64,000 bases of DNA from Cetobacterium sp. (GCF_051653945.1 NZ_JBOFXD010000050.1:4475-68474); one strand, 5' to 3'; counted from the first letter of the stretch, positions 1-10,578 are shown. Notes: generated by a model from the letters alone, not told the origin. A program made the numbers and translations.

Positions 1-79
1 TCTAAAAAGATTGACTTTTACAAAAATAAATGGTAACTTTATTGTAGAATATGCAAATAATTCAAGGGAGTGATTTAGA

Positions 80-910
80 ATGAGAGTAATTATAACTGAG
101 AAAAATATTGGGGACTGGGCAGCAGTTTATGTTGCAAAGAAAATATTAGCTGCAAAGCCTACTGCTGAAAAACCATTTGTATTAGGTTTACCAACTGGGG
201 GAACACCTTTAGCAATGTATAAGAGATTAATTAAATTTTATCAAGATGGAATTATATCTTTTGAAAATGTAGTAACATTCAATATGGATGAGTATGTTGG
301 ATTATCTCCAGCTAACGATCAAAGTTATCACTACTATATGTATGAGAACTTCTTTAAACACATAGATGCAAAAGAGGAAAATATTAACATATTAAACGGA
401 CTGGCAACTGACTATAAAAAAGAGTGTGAAGATTATGAAGCTAAAATAAAGGCTATTGGTGGAATTGATCTATTTTTAGGAGGAATCGGACCTGATGGAC
501 ATATTGCTTTCAATGAACCTGGATCATCTTTAAGTTCAAGAACTAGAGATAAAGAGTTAACTATGGATACAATAATTGCAAATGCTAGATTCTTCGGTGG
601 AGATATAGATAGAGTTCCAAAGTTATCTTTAACTGTTGGAGTTGGAACTATTCTTGATGCAAAAGAAGTTTTAATAATGGTTAATGGGCATAATAAAGCA
701 AGAGCATTGCATCACGCAGTTGAGCAAGGTGTAAATCATATGTGGACTATCAGTGCACTTCAATTACATCCAAAAGGAATTATTGTTTCTGATGAAGCTG
801 CTTGTACAGAGTTAAAAGTTGGAACTTACAGATACTTTAAGGATATTGAAAAGAGTAATTTAGATACAGATTTATTAATAGAAGAGTTATATAAAAGTTG
901 TGGAAAATAG
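80..910 (+). CDS. nagB: Glucosamine-6-phosphate deaminase
   Basis: [19 protein letters not shown] and [17 protein letters not shown] motifs; RBS GGGAG upstream; adjacent to nagA. Confidence 0.97.
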   Translation: MRVIITEKNIGDWAAVYVAKKILAAKPTAEKPFVLGLPTGGTPLAMYKRLIKFYQDGIISFENVVTFNMDEYVGLSPANDQSYHYYMYENFFKHIDAKEENINILNGLATDYKKECEDYEAKIKAIGGIDLFLGGIGPDGHIAFNEPGSSLSSRTRDKELTMDTIIANARFFGGDIDRVPKLSLTVGVGTILDAKEVLIMVNGHNKARALHHAVEQGVNHMWTISALQLHPKGIIVSDEAACTELKVGTYRYFKDIEKSNLDTDLLIEELYKSCGK

Positions 911-925
911 GGAGATGAACTAGTA

Positions 926-2065
926 ATGAAAGCTATTATAAATGGAGAATTATTTATAGGAAATAAGTTTTATACTGGAAAAGTTTTAATAATGGATGGA
1001 GAGAGAATAGTTGATATAATACCTCAAGAGGAGTTAGCAACTACTTATGAAAGTATTGAAACTATAGATGCTGAAAATGCATATGTAACTCCAGGATTTA
1101 TAGATTTACAACTAAATGGTTGTGGAGGAGTTTTATTCAATGATAATATATCGTTAGAAACTTTAGAAACAATGCACAAAACGAACTTAAAATATGGATG
1201 TACTTCATTCACTCCAACACTTATTACAACTGGAGATGAAAGTATTGAAAAAGCTATTGAGTTAGTTAAAGGTATTGAAAATAAAGGCGAGTATGGAGTT
1301 GTTGGATTACATATTGAAGGACCATATATCTCTTTACAAAAGAAGGGGATTCATAATCCTAAGTTTATAAGAAAAGCTGATGAAGCTATGATAGATAAAA
1401 TGGTAGAAGCTGGAAAAGAAAATGTAAGAATAGTTACATTAGCTCCAGAAAATACAGATAAAAAAATAATTTCGAAACTAAACGCAGCTGGAATACATGT
1501 AGCAGTAGGGCATTCTAACGCCACTTATGAGCAAGTGAAAGAAAAAGAAGGTTTCGGAATAACTCTTGCAACTCATCTATACAATGGAATGTCATCTTTC
1601 AATCACAGAGAACCTGGAGTTGTAGGTGCTGTATTTGATAGTGATATTAAAGCTGGAGTAATTGCTGATGGATTCCACTGTCATTATTCTGCTATAAAAT
1701 CAGCTATTAAAGTTATGGGAGAAAGATTATATTTAGTCACTGATGCTGTTGCTCCTGTTGGAACAGATATGGAGTATTTCTACTTCGAAGGAAACAAAGT
1801 TTTCTATAAGGATGGAAAATGTTTTGGAGAGGATGGAACTTTAGGTGGTTCTGCATTAACTATGGATGCTGGAGTTAGAAACTTAGTTAAATATTGTGAT
1901 ATAACTTTAGAAGAAGCTGTGAGAATGGCAACTTTGTATCCTGCAAAAGCTGTAAATATTGATAATGAGTACGGAAAGCTACAACCTGGATGTTTTGCTG
2001 ATATCGTATTTTTAGACAAGCATTTAAATCTTAAAAAAGTTATTGCAAAAGGAAAGTTAGTATAG
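926..2065 (+). CDS. nagA: N-acetylglucosamine-6-phosphate deacetylase
   Basis: PGFIDLQLNGCGG, GLHIEGPY, THLYNGM and GTLGGS amidohydrolase motifs. Confidence 0.97.
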   Translation: MKAIINGELFIGNKFYTGKVLIMDGERIVDIIPQEELATTYESIETIDAENAYVTPGFIDLQLNGCGGVLFNDNISLETLETMHKTNLKYGCTSFTPTLITTGDESIEKAIELVKGIENKGEYGVVGLHIEGPYISLQKKGIHNPKFIRKADEAMIDKMVEAGKENVRIVTLAPENTDKKIISKLNAAGIHVAVGHSNATYEQVKEKEGFGITLATHLYNGMSSFNHREPGVVGAVFDSDIKAGVIADGFHCHYSAIKSAIKVMGERLYLVTDAVAPVGTDMEYFYFEGNKVFYKDGKCFGEDGTLGGSALTMDAGVRNLVKYCDITLEEAVRMATLYPAKAVNIDNEYGKLQPGCFADIVFLDKHLNLKKVIAKGKLV

Positions 2066-2072
2066 TTTGATA

Positions 2073-2100
2073 AGGGGTAGATTATTCTACCTCTATTTTT
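2073..2100 (+). terminator. Rho-independent terminator after nagBA
   Basis: AGGGGTAGA-ttat-TCTACCTCT hairpin followed by a T-run. Confidence 0.75.
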
Positions 2101-2200
2101 ATATAAATTATAAAAAAGAAAAAATAATTTTTCACCGAATAAACTTATATAAAATAGTGTCTTGATTTTAGGAAACACTTTTTAAGGAGGGCAGAAAATT

Positions 2201-2719
2201 ATGAAAAGGAAATGGATTTTAAAAGGTATTTTTTTAGGAAGTGTGTTCTTCATATCTATACTACTTATAAAACCTGTTGGGATTTCAACACAGTTTAGTG
2301 TTGCATCTGGAATGATTCAAACAATATTTCAAGAGGGTATAATTTTTAAAGAGGGTGCTGAATTTTATAGTTTAATCGATTATTACAATCAAGATGGAAT
2401 TGCTAAAAGTATAGTAACTCCATATAACTACGGAATTATATTTGTTGTCGGTGTTTTTTTAGGAGGTATGCTCGGTAGAATATTTTTTAGGAAAAAAGAG
2501 GAGTTTATACAAAAGGAGAGTTTACTAGAAAAAGATGAAATATCTAGAGTTAAACTTTTTCTAGGTGGAGTACTTTTACTTTTCGGAGCTAGAATGGCTG
2601 GTGGATGTACAAGTGGACATATGATGAGTGGAGTTATGCAACTATCTGTCAGTAGTATTATTTTTACGATAGTTTTATTCCCTATAGCTGTAATTGTTGC
2701 TAAAAGGATAGGTGATTAA
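2201..2719 (+). CDS. YeeE/YedE family sulfur-compound (thiosulfate) transporter half
   Basis: Hydrophobic helices; FGARMAGGCTSGH motif typical of YeeE/YedE. Confidence 0.8.
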   Translation: MKRKWILKGIFLGSVFFISILLIKPVGISTQFSVASGMIQTIFQEGIIFKEGAEFYSLIDYYNQDGIAKSIVTPYNYGIIFVVGVFLGGMLGRIFFRKKEEFIQKESLLEKDEISRVKLFLGGVLLLFGARMAGGCTSGHMMSGVMQLSVSSIIFTIVLFPIAVIVAKRIGD

Positions 2720-2720
2720 T

Positions 2721-3308
2721 GTGAGAAATCTATTTTTTGATAATGTACCACTTTTAGGATTGATATTAGGTTTACTTTTTGGATTAGCACTATATTATGC
2801 TGGAGCAACAAATAGAGTTGTTATATCTAAAATGTTAAAACTTCAAGATTTAACTCTTATGAAAATAATTGTCTTTGCTATAGGATTTAGTATGGCTCTT
2901 TTATATTTAAGTGTAGCTTTAAATTTAATTCCTTTGGATCACTTCAGTATTAAGCCTATGAATTTTGGAGTGATACTAGGAAGTGCGATTTTAGCTTTAG
3001 GTTTTGGAATGATTGGACTTTGTCCTGGAACTGCAGTAGCAAGTTTTGGAGCAGGATATTTAAAAAGTATATATGTGCTTTTAGGTGGTTTAGTTGGAGC
3101 GTTTTTATTTACACTTTCTTATCCCGTATTTAATAGTATCGGACTTTTTAAAAATCTTCTTGGTGGGAAAACTACTTTACTGTTTTTATCTGAAAAATAT
3201 AATTTTCTTATACACGGAACACCTTGGATAGGGGTATTTATAGGAATTGTTTTAATTGCAATATCTCTAGCCATTCCATACTCATTATCTGAGGATGAGA
3301 AAAAATAA
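2721..3308 (+). CDS. YeeE/YedE family transporter, second half
   Basis: GFGMIGLCPGT motif; multi-TM; GTG at 2721 with GGTGA SD is a more plausible start than 2712. Confidence 0.78.
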   Translation: MRNLFFDNVPLLGLILGLLFGLALYYAGATNRVVISKMLKLQDLTLMKIIVFAIGFSMALLYLSVALNLIPLDHFSIKPMNFGVILGSAILALGFGMIGLCPGTAVASFGAGYLKSIYVLLGGLVGAFLFTLSYPVFNSIGLFKNLLGGKTTLLFLSEKYNFLIHGTPWIGVFIGIVLIAISLAIPYSLSEDEKK

Positions 3309-3311
3309 AAT

Positions 3312-3343
3312 AAAGGTATAGAGTTTTAAAACTCTATACCTTT
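3312..3343. terminator. Bidirectional terminator between convergent genes
   Basis: Perfect palindrome AAAGGTATAGAGTTTT/AAAACTCTATACCTTT overlapping the nnrD stop. Confidence 0.75.
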
Positions 3344-4162
3344 TATAATTTTAGGAAGTATGTTTACTATATCAGTTGGAGTTATACAGTAGTAATTTTC
3401 TGAAAAATGCTCTCCACTTTTTCCATGTATATATGCTCCAAATAAAGTTGCATCTAGAGGGGAATATTTTTGACTTATAAAAGATCCAATTATCCCACTT
3501 AAAACATCCCCCATTCCCCCAGTTGCCATAACACTATTTCCTGTTGTATTTATAAAGATATTTTCTCCATCAGTAATTAAAGTTTTATGGTCTTTTAAAA
3601 GTAATATACAACTATACTTTTGGGCAAACTCTTTTGCTATAGCTACTCTATTTACTTTTATGTATTCTATATCTAAATTTGTAAGTCTTGAAAACTCCCC
3701 GTAGTGAGGTGTTAAAATTGTGGGGTAAGTTCTATTTTTTAAAAAATCTAGATTACTATTTTTAGCTAACATTGTCAATCCATCTGCATCAATAACTATA
3801 GGTTTTGGGAAATTTAAAAGTAGCTCTTTTAAAAGGTACTCATTTTTTTGATTTATTCCAAATCCACTTCCAAAAACTATGCACGAGAATCTTTCTAAAT
3901 TATCTAATATGTTTATCTCATCTAAATTAACTATCATAACCTCGTTTAGTTTTATAGAAAAAATATCAAAAGTTTCACGATAACTTCCTAAAGTTGTAAG
4001 TCCTGAACCAGATTTTACAGCTCCCATACTTGCAAAAAAACCAGCTCCTACCATTCCAGAACTTCCACATAAAATCAGAGTATGGCCAAAATCTCCTTTA
4101 TATGATTCTAACTCTCTAGGTCTATATATATCTTTTGCATAATCCAAATCTATAATAATCAT
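3326..4162 (-). CDS. nnrD: ADP-dependent NAD(P)H-hydrate dehydratase (YjeF C-terminal domain)
   Basis: YKGDFGH, VIDADGL, ILTPHYGEF and ATGGMGDVLSG motifs. Confidence 0.92.
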   Translation of the reverse strand: MIIIDLDYAKDIYRPRELESYKGDFGHTLILCGSSGMVGAGFFASMGAVKSGSGLTTLGSYRETFDIFSIKLNEVMIVNLDEINILDNLERFSCIVFGSGFGINQKNEYLLKELLLNFPKPIVIDADGLTMLAKNSNLDFLKNRTYPTILTPHYGEFSRLTNLDIEYIKVNRVAIAKEFAQKYSCILLLKDHKTLITDGENIFINTTGNSVMATGGMGDVLSGIIGSFISQKYSPLDATLFGAYIHGKSGEHFSENYYCITPTDIVNILPKIIKGIEF

Positions 4163-4219
4163 ATAAAAACCTCCTTAAATTACTCGGAATAATAATTATT
4201 TTTAATTTGTTAAAAATAA

Positions 4220-4247
4220 ACTACATATAATGTTAATTATATGTAGT
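4220..4247. other. Putative dif-like site-specific recombination site (11-6-11)
   Basis: ACTACATATAA-TGTTAA-TTATATGTAGT: perfect inverted arms around a 6-bp spacer; the inner ATAA/TGT..A/TTAT matches the canonical dif core; 73 bp past the stop of a tyrosine recombinase. Confidence 0.7.
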
Positions 4248-4320
4248 TTTGTTTCGAAAATAACAGTTATTTACATTAAAATTATTTGTAGTATTCAGTA
4301 ATATATCTTTAAAATAGAAT

Positions 4321-5313
4321 TTAAAAGTCATCATCCATAGATTGCACAGGTATTTTATCAAGGACCTTCTTTTCAATTAATGATTTTGCATTTATATAAA
4401 CTTCAGTAACTTTTGTATCTGAGTGACCTAAAAAATCTCTAATCTCTATTAAATCTGCTCCATTTAACGAAAGTTCAGTTGCAATAGCATGACGAATATT
4501 ATGTGGACTAATATCCTTATTTATAACTTGTCCCATTTCTTGAACAACATTATATAGAGCTCTATATGATAAAGGTCTGTTTTTTTCAAAGGAACTACAG
4601 AAAAGATATCTCTCTTCTAGCTCCTCTTCGTCCATCCCATATACATTAATTAAGTAATTTTTATAGTCTGCAATTTTATTTATCAGAAAATTATGTAGTG
4701 GTTTATACTGCTCTCTTCCACTTTTTGTTTTTTCTAATTTTACAAAATACTCTCCATTTCTTTTTAGTATATGTTTAAACTGTAAAGATAGTAACTCCTG
4801 ACTTCTCATCCCTGTATAAAAAAGCGTATGTAGAATAAGAGTGTTTCGATACTCCTTCTCTCCATTAACTTTATAGTTTTTCAATATCTCTTTTATATCA
4901 TCAAAAGATACCTTTAATATATTGTCCAAATTTCTTGCTGTTTTAAAAAGTCCAATATATTTAAATGGATTATCATATCCATTTTTTTCCAACTCTTTAT
5001 AAAGAGATTTCAAAGATGATATAACTTTATTTACAGATGTTTTTTTCATCTCCCGCTCATTCAGAAGATGAGATAAATAATCCTCTATATCACTTTTTTC
5101 TATTCCAGTCATAAGCTCAATTATTTCATCTCCCTCTATTGGAGAATCTCCATCATAAACATAAGTTAAAAAATCCTTTAGATAGAAAAAATAATCTTTC
5201 ATTGTTTTTGGAGATTTGTATATTTCAAATATACTTTTTTTCTCCTCTTTGCCTTTTCTCTTTCTACGTTGGGTACTTATTTCATGTTTTTCTTTAATAA
5301 CTATCTCGTTCAA
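4321..5313 (-). CDS. Tyrosine recombinase, XerC/XerD-like
   Basis: Catalytic set intact: TGMRSQE (R), KTKSG (K), HNIR (HxxR), LGHS (H), EVY (Y); embedded among housekeeping genes. Confidence 0.92.
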   Translation of the reverse strand: MNEIVIKEKHEISTQRRKRKGKEEKKSIFEIYKSPKTMKDYFFYLKDFLTYVYDGDSPIEGDEIIELMTGIEKSDIEDYLSHLLNEREMKKTSVNKVISSLKSLYKELEKNGYDNPFKYIGLFKTARNLDNILKVSFDDIKEILKNYKVNGEKEYRNTLILHTLFYTGMRSQELLSLQFKHILKRNGEYFVKLEKTKSGREQYKPLHNFLINKIADYKNYLINVYGMDEEELEERYLFCSSFEKNRPLSYRALYNVVQEMGQVINKDISPHNIRHAIATELSLNGADLIEIRDFLGHSDTKVTEVYINAKSLIEKKVLDKIPVQSMDDDF

Positions 5314-5364
5314 TGCCCCTCCTAAAAAAGTCCTATCATTTTATTTATGGAAATTAATAGAGAA

Positions 5365-6045
5365 CTATATAACATCATCTCTTTCAATCTCTCTAACTTC
5401 ACACGGAACCATATCCTCTAAAGTCAACTTACCAAAAGTTTCTCTTTTTAAATATGTAACTTCATTTCCAACAGCTTTTAGCATTTTCTTAACTTGATGA
5501 AACTTTCCCTCTTTTATATTTAAAAGTATCTCTTTAGAATTTACAATCTCCGCTTTTGCAGGTTGAGTTATATATCCACCAATATCCACTCCAGCTTCAA
5601 GTTTTTCAATCTCTCCCTCTCCAATATCATCTCTTAGAGAAACACGATATATTTTGTCCACATGTTTTTTAGGAGATGTCAACTCATGTGCCAATTTACC
5701 ATCATTTGTAAAAAAAAGTAATCCTTCAGTATCTTTATCTAATCTCCCTACAGGAAATAGGTCTTTTTTATTTACCCATTCAGGCAGTAGTTCCATTACT
5801 GTTTTTTCCTTTTTATCTTCAGTAGCAGTTATATACCCATCTATTTTATATAGCTTATAATATCTAAACTCTTTATATATAACTCTTCTACCCTTATATT
5901 CTACCACTGTATTTTTCTCATCTATATTTTTATTATTATCTTTACAGATACATCCATCTATAGTTATTTCAGCAGAAGATATCAGTTTCTTTACCTCGCT
6001 TCTGCTTCCAATTCCACACTCTACTAAAAATTTATCTAATCTCAA
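5365..6045 (-). CDS. rsuA: RsuA-family rRNA pseudouridine synthase
   Basis: N-terminal S4 domain (MRLDKFL); FPVGRLDKDTEGLL catalytic motif; EGKFHQVKKM. Confidence 0.9.
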   Translation of the reverse strand: MRLDKFLVECGIGSRSEVKKLISSAEITIDGCICKDNNKNIDEKNTVVEYKGRRVIYKEFRYYKLYKIDGYITATEDKKEKTVMELLPEWVNKKDLFPVGRLDKDTEGLLFFTNDGKLAHELTSPKKHVDKIYRVSLRDDIGEGEIEKLEAGVDIGGYITQPAKAEIVNSKEILLNIKEGKFHQVKKMLKAVGNEVTYLKRETFGKLTLEDMVPCEVREIERDDVI

Positions 6046-6295
6046 TTTTAATCCTCCTAAATAGTAATAATATAATTATAGTTCTTATGAATTATAAAAT
6101 CAAGTTTTATAATTTATAATTTATTTTTTTAACTAGTTTTTTATATGTCTACTTTTTTTAAATAAGTTATAATATCAAATTACAAATTTAAAAAAATAAT
6201 AATTTTTTTAAATTTTTAGTTGTTCAACTAATTAAAGTTGTGTTATAATAAATAGCAAATATTTAAATTCTTATTTTTCAGGAGGGTATACAAAA

Positions 6296-6838
6296 ATGGT
6301 TGATTTCAAAAAAATTGATTTAATGATCGAATACATCGAAGAGGGAACTATTCCAGAGGGTAAGAGTTTCAATGAATTTGCAATAGACTTTTATCTTGAA
6401 ACAAAAACTTTAACTTTATCAAAATACTTAAGATTAAAGGATAGAAGTTCAAAGTTACCTAAAATTATGAATACTAAAAAAGCTGGAGAGGTTCTTTTTG
6501 AAACGGAAAAAAATGATGAAATAAAGTCATTCTTATCTAGAAAAGGATTTAAAACTCTTCCAGAACTTAACTATACAGCAGTAATGCTTCTTAGAAAAGT
6601 AGATCTTTTTGCAAACTGGCAAAAACTTGTTTTCTTTTTCGAAGGAGGAAGAACAATACAGGAGATTAACAGTTCACTTAAAAAAGAGTTACTACCTATG
6701 GAAGTTGAAAAGCTAGAAAGATTTGTAAAAGAGGAGCTTCGTCTAAATGACCAAGAACTTAACTGGTTTTTAGGAAAGATGGAAAAAGTCGAAAAAGATA
6801 AAGCTTTATATAGAGCTATAAGAAAACTTACTAAATAG
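6296..6838 (+). CDS. Conserved hypothetical protein
   Basis: Strong RBS GGAGGG; host-like codon usage; no recognised motif. Confidence 0.8.
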   Translation: MVDFKKIDLMIEYIEEGTIPEGKSFNEFAIDFYLETKTLTLSKYLRLKDRSSKLPKIMNTKKAGEVLFETEKNDEIKSFLSRKGFKTLPELNYTAVMLLRKVDLFANWQKLVFFFEGGRTIQEINSSLKKELLPMEVEKLERFVKEELRLNDQELNWFLGKMEKVEKDKALYRAIRKLTK

Positions 6839-6851
6839 GGAGAACAAAATT

Positions 6852-7280
6852 ATGAAAAAATTATTATGTGGATTTTTATTACTTTCATCTATGACATTTT
6901 CAGCAGAAGTTTCTAGAAAAGAAGCAGATGCGTTAAAAGATAGATTAAAGATGTATACTACAGGATACCAAAACAGAGCTTTTACTATGAAAAATCACTT
7001 AGGAAAAAGAGAACTTGTAATAGACTCTAAATTGAGAGATTTACCTCAAACTTCAAGAACTGCTTTTGGGGATAACAAGTACAATAGAAATAGTGATTGG
7101 GAAATGAATAGAGAGAAGAGAGGGATTCAATACTTCTCAGTTCCTGGAACAGCTAGAAGAAAAGCTGTACAAAAAATAGATGGAAAATATGTTGTATTCT
7201 TCTACAACGCTATTGGTAAAAATGATAATATGGTTGAAGATACATTAGAAGATGTAAAAAAGGCATTAGAAAGAAACTAA
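6852..7280 (+). CDS. Secreted hypothetical protein
   Basis: Signal peptide MKKLLCGFLLLSSMTFSA; RBS GGGAG. Confidence 0.8.
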   Translation: MKKLLCGFLLLSSMTFSAEVSRKEADALKDRLKMYTTGYQNRAFTMKNHLGKRELVIDSKLRDLPQTSRTAFGDNKYNRNSDWEMNREKRGIQYFSVPGTARRKAVQKIDGKYVVFFYNAIGKNDNMVEDTLEDVKKALERN

Positions 7281-7300
7281 TCGCCATAATATGTATATAT

Positions 7301-7332
7301 AAAAAGACACAGAAAATTCTGTGTCTTTTTTT
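7301..7332. terminator. Bidirectional terminator
   Basis: AAAAAGACACAGAA-AA-TTCTGTGTCTTTTT between convergent genes. Confidence 0.75.
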
Positions 7333-8198
7333 TAATCTATTAAACTTATAAGTAACTCAATCTCTTCTTTCCAAATAGTTTCATCTATTGTTTCCATAAC
7401 TATAGGAATATTTCTAAATCTATCGTCATTCATGAACTTTTTAAAGAAATCCATACCAAGAGTTCCCTCTCCTATACTGTGATGTCTATCTTTTTTACTT
7501 CCTACTCCAAACATAGAATCATTTAAGTGTATCCCCTTCAGATATTTAAATCCAACAATATTTTCAAAAGCATCCATAGTTGTATTATACTCCTCCTCTG
7601 TTGAAAGAGCATAACCAGCTGCTACTGTATGACATGTATCTAAACAAACACCTATTCTACTTTTATCTTCAATAAGGTTTATTATATCTCTTAAATGTTC
7701 AAACTTATAACCCATATTTGACCCTTGTCCCGCTGTGTTTTCTAAAACAACTATAACATTTGGAACAGCTTTATGTGCCTTATTTATTGAATCAGCTATA
7801 AGTTTTACACACTCATCTTCACTTATCTCTTTTAGATGACTTCCTGGGTGAGTGTTCAGATATATAAGTCCCAATTGATTTACTCTTTCCATCTCATCTA
7901 AAAAAGCATTTAGTGATTTCTCTCTTTTTTCCTCATCAGGACTTCCTAAATTTATAAGATATCCATCATGTGGTAAAATTTGCTCTGGAGTGAACTTATA
8001 TCTTCTCATAGCATCTTTAAACTCTAAAATCTCATCCTCTGTATATGGTTTTGCATCCCATCTTCTCTGATTTTTAACGAACATTCCAAATCCATTTGCT
8101 CCTATAGCCATTGCATTTTTAAAAGCGTTAGCTACTCCACCTTGTATAGATACATGAGCACCTAAATATGTATTTTTAATTTTTTCCTCTCTTGTCAT
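7332..8198 (-). CDS. nfo: Endonuclease IV (AP endonuclease)
   Basis: LGAHVS, HPGSH, ENTAGQG, CLDTCH and HLNDS zinc motifs; start moved to ATG 8198 (SD AGAGGTG). Confidence 0.95.
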   Translation of the reverse strand: MTREEKIKNTYLGAHVSIQGGVANAFKNAMAIGANGFGMFVKNQRRWDAKPYTEDEILEFKDAMRRYKFTPEQILPHDGYLINLGSPDEEKREKSLNAFLDEMERVNQLGLIYLNTHPGSHLKEISEDECVKLIADSINKAHKAVPNVIVVLENTAGQGSNMGYKFEHLRDIINLIEDKSRIGVCLDTCHTVAAGYALSTEEEYNTTMDAFENIVGFKYLKGIHLNDSMFGVGSKKDRHHSIGEGTLGMDFFKKFMNDDRFRNIPIVMETIDETIWKEEIELLISLID

Positions 8199-8362
8199 AT
8201 ATACACCTCTATCTAAATTGATTGTTATTTTACTATTCGTATATAGTATAACATAATCTATACTTTTTGAATAGACAATGTAATGAAAATACTTTCTTGA
8301 AATATATTGAAATACTAAAGATATCGTTATAAAATAAGATATCAAAAGATTTAGGAGGAGAT

Positions 8363-9454
8363 ATGATTAAGATACTTTCTTGTACAAAGGAAAAAGATAG
8401 TTGGATTGTTGAAGTAGAGTCACATAATCTATATATAGATGGTAAAGGTGGACAGATAGGAGATCAAGGTTATATAGGGGATACAAAATTTCTAACTGTT
8501 ATAGATGATAAAAAAATTATAGTTGAAAATGAAATTGCTCCAGATGAATATACATATACTGTAGATACTAATAGAGTTTTTGATATTGGGGTACAACATA
8601 CAGCTCAACATCTTTTCTCTGCTATAGCATATAATGACTACGGGTTAAATACTGTTGGATTTAGAATGACTGAAACTTATACAACAGTGGATTTAGATTC
8701 TAAAGATTTGGATGAAGAGTTTGTAGAGGAATTGGAAAGAAAAATTAATAGTGCTATAGGAGAGGGGAGGGCTATCTTAGAAAAAATAGTTACTAGAGAT
8801 GAAGCTAACTCTATCGATACATTTAGAAAAAAAATAAGTGATAAAGTTATCGGTGATGTCAGAGTTATAACAATAGATAATATTGATACAAGTGCTTGTG
8901 CTGGGTACCATGTATCTGACATATCAGAGATTAGAGTGTTTAAAATTGTAAGTTTTGAAAAAATTAAAGGAAATTATACTAGATTCTATTTTTTAAGTGG
9001 AGAGAGAGCCATTGAAGATTTTGTTAAGAAGAATAAAACTATCAAAGAGCTAAATCGAATATTTAGTTGTAGAGATAACGAGATAATCTCTATGGTAGAA
9101 AAATTTAATAACGAAAAAAAAGAGGTTGAAAATAGATTTAAAGAACTTAATTTAAAATATTGTAATTTTTTATCTACCGAGTTATTAAGTTCAGCTATTG
9201 AAAAGGATGGAAAGAAATATATCGTATATAGAGATGATAAGGATACAATAACAAACTTAAATAAAATTATACCAGGAGATTATATTTTTATAGGTATTTG
9301 GGAAGATGCTGGATTAATATCTAGTAAAACTATTGATTGTGGGGAACTATTAAAGGAGTTTTCTAAAGTACTAAACATAAAAGGTGGAGGAAAAGGAGAG
9401 AGAGCAAACTTTAAAGGTGATGTTTCAGTAGCGGAGATTACAAATATATTGTAA
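8363..9454 (+). CDS. Alanyl-tRNA editing protein AlaX-like with DHHA1 tail
   Basis: GGQIGDQG, QHTAQHLFSA and CAGYH zinc motifs; C-terminal GGGKG. Confidence 0.85.
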   Translation: MIKILSCTKEKDSWIVEVESHNLYIDGKGGQIGDQGYIGDTKFLTVIDDKKIIVENEIAPDEYTYTVDTNRVFDIGVQHTAQHLFSAIAYNDYGLNTVGFRMTETYTTVDLDSKDLDEEFVEELERKINSAIGEGRAILEKIVTRDEANSIDTFRKKISDKVIGDVRVITIDNIDTSACAGYHVSDISEIRVFKIVSFEKIKGNYTRFYFLSGERAIEDFVKKNKTIKELNRIFSCRDNEIISMVEKFNNEKKEVENRFKELNLKYCNFLSTELLSSAIEKDGKKYIVYRDDKDTITNLNKIIPGDYIFIGIWEDAGLISSKTIDCGELLKEFSKVLNIKGGGKGERANFKGDVSVAEITNIL

Positions 9455-9513
9455 AAGTATGAAATATCTGTTATAATGGAAATTAGGTATTTATTAGTAA
9501 CAATGGAGGAAAT

Positions 9514-10560
9514 ATGTCAAATAAAATAAATTTACTTAATTTAAACGAACAAGAGCTTACAGATTTTATAGTTTCTTTAGGAATGAAGAAATTTTACGGA
9601 AAACAAATATTTACATGGTTAAATCAAAAAATAGTTAGAGATATTAACGATATGACAAACATATCATTAAAGGATAGAGAATTACTTTCTGAGAAAGCAT
9701 ACATCCCTTTCTTAAACCTATTAAAGCACCAAGTTTCTAAAATAGATAAAACTGAAAAGTTTTTATTTAAATTAGAAGATGGAAATACAATTGAAAGTGT
9801 TATCTTAAGACACAAAGAGAGAACAACTCTTTGCATCTCATCTCAAGTTGGATGTGCTGTTAAGTGCGGATTCTGTGCTACAGGTCTTGGTGGATTTACA
9901 AGAAACTTAGATGTACATGAGATTACAAATCAGTTCTACACAATTGAAAGAAGACTATTAAAGCAAGGATTACAAATTAATAACATTGTATTCATGGGTA
10001 TGGGAGAGCCAATGCTTAATATCAATAATGTTATTAAAGCTATTGATATCTTATCAAGTGAAAAAGGTGTTAATGTTTCTAAGAGAAGAATCACAATTTC
10101 AACTTCTGGAATAATTCCTGGAATTGAAAAATTATTAGAAGAGAGAATCCCAGTAGAGTTAGCTATATCTTTACATAGTGCTATTGATGAAAAGAGAAGC
10201 GAATTAATGCCAATCAATACAAAATATCCATTACAGGATTTATTCCCAATATTACAAGAGTATCAAAGACAAACTAAAAGAAGAATCACTTTTGAGTATA
10301 TCTTAATCAATGATTTCAATGTATCTGATAATGATATCGCTTACTTAGCTGATTTCGTTCACAACTTTGATCATATATTAAATCTTATTCCATGTAATCC
10401 AGTAGATGGAAAAGATTACCAAAGACCTTCTCAAAAGAAAATTGAAAAAATCTTTAATTACTTAAAAGATTTTAGAAAAGTAAATGTAACTGTTAGAGGA
10501 GAAAAGGGAACTGATATAGACGGTGCTTGTGGACAATTAAGACAAAAAAATCTAAAATAA
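9514..10560 (+). CDS. rlmN: 23S rRNA (A2503-C2) methyltransferase, radical SAM
   Basis: [21 protein letters not shown] and DIDGACGQL motifs. Confidence 0.96.
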   Translation: MSNKINLLNLNEQELTDFIVSLGMKKFYGKQIFTWLNQKIVRDINDMTNISLKDRELLSEKAYIPFLNLLKHQVSKIDKTEKFLFKLEDGNTIESVILRHKERTTLCISSQVGCAVKCGFCATGLGGFTRNLDVHEITNQFYTIERRLLKQGLQINNIVFMGMGEPMLNINNVIKAIDILSSEKGVNVSKRRITISTSGIIPGIEKLLEERIPVELAISLHSAIDEKRSELMPINTKYPLQDLFPILQEYQRQTKRRITFEYILINDFNVSDNDIAYLADFVHNFDHILNLIPCNPVDGKDYQRPSQKKIEKIFNYLKDFRKVNVTVRGEKGTDIDGACGQLRQKNLK

Positions 10561-10578
10561 TTAAAATGGAGATATTTT

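Noticed and set aside
4321-5313. Tyrosine recombinase as a prophage/ICE integrase
   Set aside because: No arm-binding N-terminus, no phage or conjugation genes nearby, host-like codon usage, and co-oriented with rsuA; a housekeeping Xer role fits better.
7332-8345. Long N-terminal extensions in the ORF track for nfo, and likewise mipA, crtI, gltS, mnmA, rnmV and guaA
   Set aside because: Downstream ATGs have proper SD sequences and match family starts; the extensions run through promoter or RBS DNA.
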